NCBI GenBank assembly: GCA_938002815.1
Contig: CALKZT010000027.1
Span: 6,492 to 70,491 of the forward strand
Direction: 5' to 3'
DNA: 64,000 nt
From: an uncultured bacterium
Lineage (GTDB): Bacteria > Desulfobacterota > DSM-4660 > Desulfatiglandales > CALKZT01
Under the pieces are notes generated by a model. The model searched no databases. It was given only the letters and a program-made list of their open reading frames with translations, and was not told the origin of the DNA. The translations under genes and the position numbers were made by a program. This document shows, piece after piece, positions 37,501 through 45,230 of this stretch (position 1 is its first letter; every line of letters begins with the position of its first letter).

Positions 37501-38971
37501 AGTCCACATATTGACCATATATGTCCAGGTTTTCGATGGAAATCGATCCATTTCTTCCGTCCTGCCATGTCACAAAATACCTCTGGTTTACAGAATCATA
37601 TGATACATGGGGCCTTGTCTGTTTTGAGTTCAAGATATTTTCGTCCTGATTGCCGTCCCCATCTGTGTCCTGGTAACTTATGAGGAAGTTCTTGTTGTAG
37701 GATCCTCCCCCTGAGAATATGAGCTGACCATAGATCTTCTGGTAGCCGCCTTCTCCCAAGGTCTCCCATGCAGCCAAGAACTTCTTTGTAACAGGGTCAA
37801 AACCCAAGGAAGGGTAATAACAATCGTCTTTGGAGGAGGAAACCTTAAAAGATGGGATGGAAAGGCCAAAATTCTTCTCGAATAGACCATATATTGCCTT
37901 AGAGTTATCTAGTACCTGTGAACTTGCACTGGAGGTCACTATATCATTGTTATCGCATATTCCATTAGATGTACTTTCGGATGGGTCGTCTTTGCAGGTA
38001 TTCTCCACTGTAATCTCTTCTTTGAACCCTTCCCAGATGATCAGGCATTCATTGGAAGTAGAGTCGCAAGAGAGATCAAGGTTAGTTATCCCATTGAAGG
38101 CCTCGTAGACACGTTTCTCTTTGTAGGCCTCTTTAGAGGAGGAAAGCCTTCTAACCCTTGTATAAGCTGATCCCCCTTCATTATGATGGTAGATAATTGT
38201 TGGGGATGTCTCATAACCAGAAAGATCACCCTTTAGGGCACCATAACCTACAAAAGAGGTATCACCAAATTTCCAGCTCACCTCAGTGGCTGGTAACGGA
38301 AAGGGGATATAAGAGACCGTCTTCTGACTATTTCTGGACTCTACCCAGGCCATTAGAAATCTGTCCTTAACAGTATCGTAAGTTACCCTTGGAAGGCTCC
38401 TTGAGGTGACATAGGATTGGGTACCAGCGGCATTAGGGTCATCGTCTTCAAACAGAACCTCAAACTCACCTGAAGAAGAGGGGAGGGCACAGATAGACTC
38501 TGTGGGGGTATAAGAACTCACATCTAAGGCTGCATAATATATATATCCGCCCACATTAGTGGTAGATCTCGTATCCTGCCAAAGGACGAGTATCCTGTCT
38601 GTGGGATCTGCCTTTCCTGCCCCGTCTCTATAAGCCGCACGGGGCACGGTCTGGTTTCCATTCCCTGGGGTATCAGAACTTATTGTAAAGCTTTTGCCAC
38701 ATGTTGTGCCATCAGGTCTCACAAAAAGCCCCTTTATCTCAGAACCTTTGGAAACCTCAGAGTGGTCCTCGTAGACCACAAACCAGAGGTTCTTATCAGG
38801 CAAAAATATCCCATGGGGGTTTTGCTGGTCACCTGAATGGGTGGAGATCTCTATCTCATCCCCCTCCAATTTTCCCAAGGCACGATTTTGACTTACCTGA
38901 AATACAGAGAAGAGGATCACCACAGCCAAGATGGAAACCCAAACGCCGAGCTTAGCCTTCCCCTGGATCAT
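34595..38971 (-). CDS. giant (1458 aa) secreted/surface protein: degenerate propeller-like repeats + at least 6 Ig-like (choice-of-anchor-D/ASH-like) domains + Thr/Gly linker + CFIATAAYGS-type C-terminal membrane anchor
   Basis: Start ATG 38971 follows AAGGAGG, with an N-terminal TM/signal (LGVWVSILAVVILFSVF). Repeated W-x-D/E-x-R...IYGQ units. Six repeats of xDFGxVxxG...IxNxGxxxLxI. Tail: TTTTTQAGTGTGTTTGTGGGAGGGGS-CFIATAAYGS...FRDRHL...YYRVSPP plus hydrophobic helices. Confidence 0.8.
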   Translation of the reverse strand: MIQGKAKLGVWVSILAVVILFSVFQVSQNRALGKLEGDEIEISTHSGDQQNPHGIFLPDKNLWFVVYEDHSEVSKGSEIKGLFVRPDGTTCGKSFTISSDTPGNGNQTVPRAAYRDGAGKADPTDRILVLWQDTRSTTNVGGYIYYAALDVSSYTPTESICALPSSSGEFEVLFEDDDPNAAGTQSYVTSRSLPRVTYDTVKDRFLMAWVESRNSQKTVSYIPFPLPATEVSWKFGDTSFVGYGALKGDLSGYETSPTIIYHHNEGGSAYTRVRRLSSSKEAYKEKRVYEAFNGITNLDLSCDSTSNECLIIWEGFKEEITVENTCKDDPSESTSNGICDNNDIVTSSASSQVLDNSKAIYGLFEKNFGLSIPSFKVSSSKDDCYYPSLGFDPVTKKFLAAWETLGEGGYQKIYGQLIFSGGGSYNKNFLISYQDTDGDGNQDENILNSKQTRPHVSYDSVNQRYFVTWQDGRNGSISIENLDIYGQYVDSEGTLRGTNYAISTQGSNQLAPVTVYNPLENLFLTVWKDGRNTSTTGSDIYGQRFSLGQPQLTLLKLDNTPLAPALIDFGSITKGQFSTYSFKIKNTGDVSISVDCISPDPATLTPFSFSNLPKELAACSEAGSATQLTLVPSAEVTLTTKFSPDGEGTFMSSFTIKSNAGERTVALQGISVSPDLTLQEGDGTDDGTLAFGSIKPNQTKDLTFSLVNNGTIEYQVTSIAGISGPFSIVENPTFPFTLLPGQQKTFTVRFAPVERATHLVEVVINTDKPGLKRTLWLQASCIAPVLKLNPTFIDFGTQKANTTTNSTVAISNEGDDDLIVSSCGSFPQGFSLKGSCPEKVAAGESKSLTIQFSPTDVVTYEGTINIQTNGGNQGVILKGAGKGGKVAITPSQLDFGVIVVNSQAVLPLEIRNEGNDTLTITSITSLSSPYSLNLGSALPATLQPNTTITALINFSPNNSGLFTSSITISTDAINGNQTVSIQGQAIQSKVTITPFPVGFEQIQVGETSSMLLSIKNENPTKVKILSIDPPLAPFSISNQVTTPYEMASGETVQLVVKFSPIQAGQFGSNMKILFDFKPTPITVGISGSAIAQLIQKGEIVFKEKGVEVTYLDFGSVVKGGLSQKELVIENKTTKKLTLLSPGVSEGFKVEGTFPMTLSEYGSQGYTSTVSVKFLPTQVKSYEGNISFNEKDSQFIYQLSVVGAGVKAAATSTTDGIMVETIPLKAEEIPGAKPSNFQAKDAVSVYLTNAPEEVSLTFKFSDLPSNPVFYKVDKNNNWCKLYPSNACSGISNVQLKGGDLSFKLKDNSDCDKDPQIGVIYDPIVVGDETATTTTTQAGTGTGTTTGTGGGAGGGGSCFIATAAYGSGLHPYVVELKRFRDRHLMSNPVGRSFVGFYYRVSPPIAEIIAQNEALRAVVRIGLYPVVFAVLHPFLLIIPLSLGALMGIIWVQRRGSVRNRG

Positions 38972-39131
38972 GCAGACCTCCTTGAAAATGCTGATCTTAA
39001 GGGCTAATATGCCACGTGGCAAAAAAAGTCAACAAACTTGTTTGATCTGACAAGTTTAGTATTTGAATTGTTCTTTTTTTGAGGGTTCTTCGGTCTTGCT
39101 TCAAAATGAATTCCATCTTTAAGGAGATGTA

Positions 39132-39743
39132 ATGGAACAAATCATATTTTGGATAGTGGAAAAGATAGGTCAGATGGGCTATGGAGGAATAATTGCACTT
39201 ATGTTTCTTGAATCTTCATTTTTCCCTTTCCCGAGTGAAGTAGTAATGCCACCTGCAGGTTATCTGGCATCACAAGGGAAGATGTCACTGGGGCTGTGCA
39301 TATTCTCTGGTATCTTTGGGAGTGTGTTAGGGGCAATTTTTAACTACTATGTGGCAGTCAAGTGGGGGAGGGCCATTCTCTTGAAGTATGGCAAATATGT
39401 GCTCCTAACCGAAAGATCTTTGAACAAGGCAGAAAAGTTTTTTGACAAACACGGTCCCATAAGTACCTTTATAGGAAGACTCCTCCCTGGCATAAGACAG
39501 TACATCTCACTGCCTGCTGGACTCCTAAAGATGTCCATACCGAAGTTTCTGCTCTATACAGCCCTTGGCTCTGGTATATGGGTGAGCATACTTACAGTCG
39601 TAGGATACATATTCGGTGAAAACCAGGAGACACTGAGAAGCCGGCTGAATTCTGTCACCATATCCGTTATCATCGCCTGCTGCCTTATCTTGGGAGCATA
39701 TGTTGCCATCCTCAGATTTAAAAAGAGGAGGAGAGGACTTTGA
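39132..39743 (+). CDS. DedA family inner-membrane protein
   Basis: FLESSFFPFPSEVVMPPAGYL and GRLLPGIRQYISLPAG motifs typical of DedA/SNARE-associated proteins. Confidence 0.85.
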   Translation: MEQIIFWIVEKIGQMGYGGIIALMFLESSFFPFPSEVVMPPAGYLASQGKMSLGLCIFSGIFGSVLGAIFNYYVAVKWGRAILLKYGKYVLLTERSLNKAEKFFDKHGPISTFIGRLLPGIRQYISLPAGLLKMSIPKFLLYTALGSGIWVSILTVVGYIFGENQETLRSRLNSVTISVIIACCLILGAYVAILRFKKRRRGL

Positions 39744-39931
39744 GGCACCCTATAGGTACCCTCCCCTCTTCCACCTCTAACCCTTCGATTATATTCCGGA
39801 AAAATTTTTTACACAGAAGGCCGAAGGGGTCACATTTATTCTTGACTAAGAGCTTATAGGCCTCTAAGAATTGCAGTCCAAAATTAGATCACAAGCTCAA
39901 ACATAGATGCATAAGGGAGGAGGTGGTTTAT

Positions 39932-40315
39932 ATGAGTGTAATGGCTGCATCAAGGAAGGAGCTGGCTCCCTGGGGCCTTCAGACAAGCTTGGATATTTAT
40001 GACTGCAATCCCAATACCATTAGGGATGAGGAAAAGATACGGGAATATGTGATAAGGCTTTGTGACCTAATCCAGATGAAGAGGTTTGGGGAGTGTCAGG
40101 TAGTTCACTTCGGTGAAGACGAGAGGGTGGCAGGATTCTCCATGCTCCAGTTGATAGAGACATCCCTCATCTCTGGACATTTTGCCAACCTTACCAACAC
40201 TGCATACCTGGATATCTTCAGTTGCAAGATGTATGACCCTGAGTTGGTGGCCAACTTTTCCCAAGAATTCTTTGAGGGAAAGTCCATAGTAGTTCACGTC
40301 ACCGAAAGGTACTAA
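39932..40315 (+). CDS. speH: S-adenosylmethionine decarboxylase proenzyme (small, pyruvoyl-dependent, SpeH type)
   Basis: LDIYDCNP...QLIETSLISGHF contains the self-cleavage E-S site of class-1 AdoMetDC. ATG 39932 follows GGAGGAGG; the track start 39923 is a GTG. Confidence 0.8.
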   Translation: MSVMAASRKELAPWGLQTSLDIYDCNPNTIRDEEKIREYVIRLCDLIQMKRFGECQVVHFGEDERVAGFSMLQLIETSLISGHFANLTNTAYLDIFSCKMYDPELVANFSQEFFEGKSIVVHVTERY

Positions 40316-40326
40316 ATTTTTAGAGG

Positions 40327-40475
40327 TTGACTTTTAGGCCGAAGGCAGGCTATGTTGCCTGTCCATAGGCTTTTGCACGCTTCCAAAACCCCGGGGAAAC
40401 TCTCCGGGATTAATAAAATGGTGGCCTGCCTGGAAAGGCAGAATGGTGTTTAACCCTTAAACCAAAGGAGGCGTC
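40327..40475 (+). promoter_or_regulatory. candidate promoter plus structured 5' leader of the trpB2-ior operon
   Basis: TTGACT (40327-32), N18, TATGTT (40351-56). Three hairpins follow: GGCAGGC/GCCTGTC, CCCGGGG/CTCCGGG and CTGCC/GGCAG. The RBS AAGGAGG precedes ATG 40476. Confidence 0.3.
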
Positions 40476-41852
40476 ATGGAGGCAAAGAAGATCTTACTCC
40501 CTGAAAGGGAGATCCCCAGGCAGTGGTATAATATCTTGCCTGACATGCCTAACCCATTACAACCACCTCTTCACCCCGGTACAGGTCAGCCAATCGGACC
40601 TGAGGCCCTGGAGCCCATCTTCCCAATGCCACTAATAGAGCAAGAGGTAAGCCAAAAGCAGTTCATTGAGATCCCCGAGGAGGTACTGGACAAATACCTC
40701 CTCTGGCGGCCTACCCCCCTCTATAGGGCATATCATTTGGAGAGGCATTTGGGCACCCCTGCCAGGATCTACTTTAAAAACGAAGGAGTAAGTCCGCCAG
40801 GCAGCCACAAACCCAACACAGCTGTGGCTCAGGCCTATTATAACAAGATTTCCGGGACCAAAAGGATCACCACAGAGACGGGAGCCGGTCAGTGGGGAAG
40901 TGCCCTCTGCTTTGCCTGTAACCTCTTCGGCATAGAGGCAAAGGTCTTTATGGTGAAGGTAAGCTTTTATCAGAAGCCTTATAGAAGGCTTATGATGGAA
41001 GTGTGGGGGGGAAATTGCATACCAAGCCCAAGTAATGAAACCAATGCAGGCAGGGCTATATTGGAGAAGGATCCGGACTCTCCCGGTTCTTTGGGAATTG
41101 CCATAAGCGAGGCGGTGGAGGCAGCTGTCTCTGACCCTGACACCAAATACTCCTTGGGGAGTGTTTTAAACCATGTACTCTTGCACCAGACCATAATAGG
41201 ACTTGAGGCACAAAAGCAGCTGGCCATGCTAGGGGAATATCCCCATGTGGTAATAGGTTGTGCCGGAGGAGGCAGCAACTTTGCAGGCCTGGCCCTTCCC
41301 TTTGTAAGGGATAAGATCAACGGCAAAGAGGTGGATATCATAGCCGTAGAGCCTGCCTCCTGTCCCACCATGACCAAAGGACCATTTGCCTACGACCATG
41401 GAGACACCATGAGGCTCACACCCCTTCTGCCTATGCACACCTTAGGCCATGGGTTTATCCCGGCACCTATCCATGCAGGTGGGCTCAGATACCATGGTAT
41501 GGCGCCAATCGTGAGTCAGCTTGTGGTAGATGGTCTGATCAGGCCAGAGGCAGTACATCAGTTGGAGACCTTTAAAGCTGGGATCACCTTTGCGAGGTCC
41601 GAAGGATTTATCCCTGCCCCAGAAACAGATCACGCCATAGCAATGGTAATCAGAGAGGCATTAAAGGCAAAGGAAGAGGGAAAAGAGAAGGTGATCCTCT
41701 TTAACTGGAGCGGGCACGGGCTCGTGGACCTGGCCGCATACGATGCTTATATGTCAGGTAAGCTATCTGACTACGAACTCCCTGAGGAGGAGATACAAAG
41801 GGCCTTGGCAGAAATAGCCAACCTCCCCAAGCCAAAGATAAAGGGAAGATGA
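40476..41852 (+). CDS. trpB: tryptophan synthase beta-like protein, TrpB2 type
   Basis: 458 aa (long TrpB2 form). N-terminal [18 protein letters not shown]-Lys region [14 protein letters not shown] and [11 protein letters not shown]. Confidence 0.85.
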   Translation: MEAKKILLPEREIPRQWYNILPDMPNPLQPPLHPGTGQPIGPEALEPIFPMPLIEQEVSQKQFIEIPEEVLDKYLLWRPTPLYRAYHLERHLGTPARIYFKNEGVSPPGSHKPNTAVAQAYYNKISGTKRITTETGAGQWGSALCFACNLFGIEAKVFMVKVSFYQKPYRRLMMEVWGGNCIPSPSNETNAGRAILEKDPDSPGSLGIAISEAVEAAVSDPDTKYSLGSVLNHVLLHQTIIGLEAQKQLAMLGEYPHVVIGCAGGGSNFAGLALPFVRDKINGKEVDIIAVEPASCPTMTKGPFAYDHGDTMRLTPLLPMHTLGHGFIPAPIHAGGLRYHGMAPIVSQLVVDGLIRPEAVHQLETFKAGITFARSEGFIPAPETDHAIAMVIREALKAKEEGKEKVILFNWSGHGLVDLAAYDAYMSGKLSDYELPEEEIQRALAEIANLPKPKIKGR

Positions 41853-42115
41853 TACCGGCCCCTCCCGATTCATTCTTGATCAGGTGCCCCAAATTGGGGC
41901 ACCAAATATATTTCAGCTACTGCGAAAGGGAAGGTGGCTCCTTCCCGTGCCCAAAGGCCCTCGACTGCTGGCACGGTATATTTTCTGTGGAAGAATATTT
42001 CAGGGAGAGGTATGAGCAGGAGGTCTTCGAAGGCATATTCTTTGCGAAACCCAAACCCAAGCTCTTAACCCTTGTGGAACTCATAGAAAAGGCAAAGGAA
42101 AGGATAAAGAAGTGA
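41849..42115 (+). CDS. hypothetical 88-aa four-Cys protein
   Basis: ATGA overlap with the trpB2 stop and GTGA overlap with the iorA start. Motif C-x11-C-x8-C-x4-C ([28 protein letters not shown]). No family recognised. Confidence 0.6.
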   Translation: MIPAPPDSFLIRCPKLGHQIYFSYCEREGGSFPCPKALDCWHGIFSVEEYFRERYEQEVFEGIFFAKPKPKLLTLVELIEKAKERIKK

Positions 42116-43986
42116 AGAGAAAGGAATTCATGTTAGGTAACGGGGCAATAGCCTTAGGGCTATTAGAAGCAGGCTGTGAGGTCCTGACCTCCTATCCCGG
42201 GACCCCCAGCTCAGAGATCCTACCTGAGTTTATAAGACTTTCCAGACTCGAGGGTATCAACACCTATGCAGAGTGGTCCACAAACGAAAAGGTGGCCTTT
42301 GATGTGGCGTACGCTGTCGCTGTGGCCGGCAAGAGATCCGCCTGCTCCATGAAACAGGTAGGGCTCAATGTGGCTATGGATTCCCTCATGAGCTCTGCAT
42401 ACATAGGACAAGAGGGGGGATTTGTGGTCATCTCATGTGATGACCCAGGCCCCCACTCCTCCCAGACAGAACAGGATACCCGTCTTGTGGCAAGGATTGC
42501 CAAGGTACCCGTCTTTGACCCCTCCACCCCCCAAGAGGCAAGGGAGATGATACAGGAGGCCTTCTCAATATCAGAGGCCTTCAAGGTACCAGTGATCCTC
42601 AGACCCACCATAAGGGTATGCCATGGAAGGGAGGTGATCGGGTGGGACCAGATAAGACCTGTTAGGGTCCCTGCCAGATTTCAAAGGGACCCCAACAGGT
42701 GGGCAGCTACCCCAAGATTCCGATACTTCCTCCACAAAGGGCTAAACCAAAAGCTGAAAGAGATCCAAAAGCGTTTCGAGGAGATGGGTGCCTTCAACAG
42801 GCATTCTATGCTCGCCTTTAAAGACTATCCCTTTGGCATCATCTCCTCTGGGGTCTGCTATGCAGTTGTAAGAGATCTCATAGAGGAATTCGGAAGGGAT
42901 GATATCCCCGTACTGAAAATAGGAACCCCCTTCCCTTTGCCCGAAGAGTTGGTACGGGAATTTTTGGCGAGGTGTAAGAAGGTTATGGTCTTGGAAGAGA
43001 CGGATTCCCTTTTGGAATACCTGATAGGGGATAGATCCAGGGTCTTGGGGAGAGAATCTGGTCACGTACCCAGGGAGGGTGAGCTGGTCCCAGAGCTGAT
43101 CCTAAGGGTTATAAACGCCGCCCTGGTTGAACTTGGGTTGGAGCCCCTTGTGATAGAGGAGGAGGCCACTTTCCCTGTCCAGGAACTAAATTTGCCCGTA
43201 AGAAAGCCAAGGCTTTGCCCTGGTTGCCCCCATAGGCCAGTATTTTATGCCATAAGGAGGAGCAATCCCAAGGGTATCTTTACCTCAGATATAGGTTGCT
43301 ACACCTTGGGTTTGAATTTAGGTGCTGTGGACACATGTCTTGACATGGGGGCTGCTATTACCATGGCGACAGGCTTTTACCATGCCCACAGAATGGACCA
43401 GGTAGATCGACCTATAGTTGCCACCATAGGTGATAGCACCTTTTTCCATTCGGGTACGGCAGGGCTACTCAATTCTGTGTATAACGATGCCAGATTTATC
43501 CTGGTAATCCTGGATAATGAAATCACCGCCATGACAGGGATGCAACCCACGCCCGGGCTTGGGATAAAAGCCGACGGGACAAAAGGGAAAAGGATCCCCC
43601 TCCAAGACCTCATAAAGGGTTGCGGGGTGGAATACTTGAAGGTGGTGGATAGCTATAATCTGCCGGAACTGATCTCTACATTGAAAGAGGCCCATGAGTT
43701 TACCAAAAGGGAAGACGGAGGCATTGCTGCCATCATAGCAAGGCACCCTTGTGTCATAGCCTACAGAAAAGAGGCAGTGCCCCATCCGGTAAAGGTGGCC
43801 GTTGGAGAGGAATGTAACCTTTGCAAACTCTGCTTTGAGCGCTTTGAGTGCCCTGCCATCTCCAAGGACGAGGCCCGTGGAAGGGCGGTGATAAATCAGG
43901 TCCTCTGTGTAGGATGTGGTGTCTGTGTCCATATCTGCCCAGAGGGAGCTATCAAGCCCATAGAAGGGGAAGGGAATGGAGCATAA
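42112..43986 (+). CDS. iorA: indolepyruvate:ferredoxin oxidoreductase, alpha subunit
   Basis: N-terminal GNGAIALGLLEAGCEVLTSYPGTPSSEI, TPP motif GDSTFFHSG and two C-terminal ferredoxin motifs (CNLCKLC...CP, CVGCGVCVHICP). 624 aa. Confidence 0.88.
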   Translation: MKRKEFMLGNGAIALGLLEAGCEVLTSYPGTPSSEILPEFIRLSRLEGINTYAEWSTNEKVAFDVAYAVAVAGKRSACSMKQVGLNVAMDSLMSSAYIGQEGGFVVISCDDPGPHSSQTEQDTRLVARIAKVPVFDPSTPQEAREMIQEAFSISEAFKVPVILRPTIRVCHGREVIGWDQIRPVRVPARFQRDPNRWAATPRFRYFLHKGLNQKLKEIQKRFEEMGAFNRHSMLAFKDYPFGIISSGVCYAVVRDLIEEFGRDDIPVLKIGTPFPLPEELVREFLARCKKVMVLEETDSLLEYLIGDRSRVLGRESGHVPREGELVPELILRVINAALVELGLEPLVIEEEATFPVQELNLPVRKPRLCPGCPHRPVFYAIRRSNPKGIFTSDIGCYTLGLNLGAVDTCLDMGAAITMATGFYHAHRMDQVDRPIVATIGDSTFFHSGTAGLLNSVYNDARFILVILDNEITAMTGMQPTPGLGIKADGTKGKRIPLQDLIKGCGVEYLKVVDSYNLPELISTLKEAHEFTKREDGGIAAIIARHPCVIAYRKEAVPHPVKVAVGEECNLCKLCFERFECPAISKDEARGRAVINQVLCVGCGVCVHICPEGAIKPIEGEGNGA

Positions 43987-44557
43987 GGTATACGACATCA
44001 TTTTAAGCGGCTTGGGTGGGCAAGGGATCCTATTCCTCTCAAAGATCCTGGCAGAGGCTGCAATGAGGGAAGGATACCTGGTGAGAGGCGCAGAGACCCA
44101 TGGAATGGCGCAGAGAGGAGGGTCAGTTATAGGCCATTTGAGAATAGGGGATGTCTCCTCCTCCCTTATTAGGCAAAACTGTGCAGACTGCCTCCTCAGT
44201 TTAGATGAGATAGAGGCATACAGAAATATCAATTATCTCAAACCAGAGGGTGTACTCTGTGTAAACACACCGAAGGAAGACTTTCCCATCCGGCAGGTGA
44301 AGGAGTTTTTAGAGAAAAAGAAGATAAGGGCCTATGGCTTTGATTGTCTGAGTCTTGCCATAAAAGAGGGGATGGCACAGTCCACCAATATTGGACTTAT
44401 TGGTTTCAGCCTAGGCCTTGGGTTTCTGCCTATCCCCTATAACCAGGTAGTATCTGTTATCCAGGATCTGAGCAAGGGCCCTTCAAAGGAGAAAAACCTC
44501 AAGATACTGGAGGAGGCCTATAGAGAAGGAAAGAGGATCCAGGGGGATTCCAATTAG
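43976..44557 (+). CDS. iorB: indolepyruvate:ferredoxin oxidoreductase, beta subunit
   Basis: DIILSGLGGQGILFLSKILAEAA...ETHGMAQRGGSV is typical of IorB and the gamma-type subunit of 2-oxoacid:Fd oxidoreductases. Confidence 0.88.
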   Translation: MEHKVYDIILSGLGGQGILFLSKILAEAAMREGYLVRGAETHGMAQRGGSVIGHLRIGDVSSSLIRQNCADCLLSLDEIEAYRNINYLKPEGVLCVNTPKEDFPIRQVKEFLEKKKIRAYGFDCLSLAIKEGMAQSTNIGLIGFSLGLGFLPIPYNQVVSVIQDLSKGPSKEKNLKILEEAYREGKRIQGDSN

Positions 44558-45230
44558 TGGAATCCTTTTAGCGGCTGGGCTCTCCAAGAGATTCAAAGGG
44601 GTAAAACAGCTGGCAACCATTGGGGGAGAGCCCCTGGTCCTGAGGGTCTTGAAGGCCGCTTTAGACTCAAGGCTAATGGAGGTGATTCTGGTAGTGGGCC
44701 ATTCTGCCCAAAAGATCACTGAGCTCGCTATGGGCCTTAGCTCTCAGAGGTTGAAAGTGGTATTCAACCCCCACTACAGGGAAGGTATAAGTACCTCCAT
44801 CGTGGCAGGGGTTTCTAAAGCAGATCCCTTAACAGAGGGTTTTATGATCCTTTTAGGTGACCTCCCTTTCCTGTCCAGTGAGGCCATTGATTACCTTATC
44901 AGCCAATACGAAGAAGGAAAGGGATTCTTAGGGGCCAGCTTCTGGAAGGAGGAGAGGATAGTCCATCCTGTGATCTTTAGCTCCTCATTGAAGAAAAGAC
45001 TCTTGACCCTTTCAGGTGACAAAGGGGCCAGGGAAATAGTAGAGGAGCTTGAAAAAGGGGGCACACTAAAAAAGCTTCAGGTCCAGGACCACTTCTCGGC
45101 TCTTGGCCTCGACCTGGACACCCAGGAGGACTACCAACTCATATTAAGAGAGCTACAAAGCTCCTCCCTGAGCCCAAAGGACAAAGGCAAAGGAGAAAGG
45201 GTCAGGCCTCATATGGGCCTCAGAAGCTGA
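44553..45230 (+). CDS. MobA-like NTP transferase domain protein (MocA-type molybdenum cofactor cytidylyltransferase-like)
   Basis: The conserved N-terminal GILLAAGLSKRFKGVKQL motif is encoded upstream of the first ATG (44649), in a frame with no ATG/GTG/TTG back to the in-frame TGA at 44469. Proposed start is ATT 44553, 5 nt after AGGGGGA. Downstream motif: LLGDLPFL. Confidence 0.6.
   Translation: MSGILLAAGLSKRFKGVKQLATIGGEPLVLRVLKAALDSRLMEVILVVGHSAQKITELAMGLSSQRLKVVFNPHYREGISTSIVAGVSKADPLTEGFMILLGDLPFLSSEAIDYLISQYEEGKGFLGASFWKEERIVHPVIFSSSLKKRLLTLSGDKGAREIVEELEKGGTLKKLQVQDHFSALGLDLDTQEDYQLILRELQSSSLSPKDKGKGERVRPHMGLRS

Noticed and set aside
39818-40345. Exact 10-mer AGGCCGAAGG near both the speH and trpB2 promoter-like elements (39818-27 and 40336-45).
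   Set aside because: Exact 10-mer coincidences are expected many times in 64 kb. The positions relative to the -35 elements differ, with one upstream and one downstream. There is no palindromic or extended similarity.
43465-44232. 255-aa minus-strand ORF spanning the iorA/iorB junction.
   Set aside because: It is fully antisense to two confidently identified, translationally coupled genes. It crosses their junction and has no recognisable motif. Long antisense ORFs are expected in this codon-biased region.
44541-44560. prfB-like programmed +1 frameshift fusing IorB to the MocA-like protein (SD-like AGGGGG upstream of AAT-TAG).
   Set aside because: The P-site codon AAT cannot re-pair in the +1 frame (ATT), and the spacing differs from the prfB paradigm. 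Simple ATT initiation with the same AGGGGGA acting as RBS is more parsimonious. It is mentioned only as an alternative under the start-codon finding.
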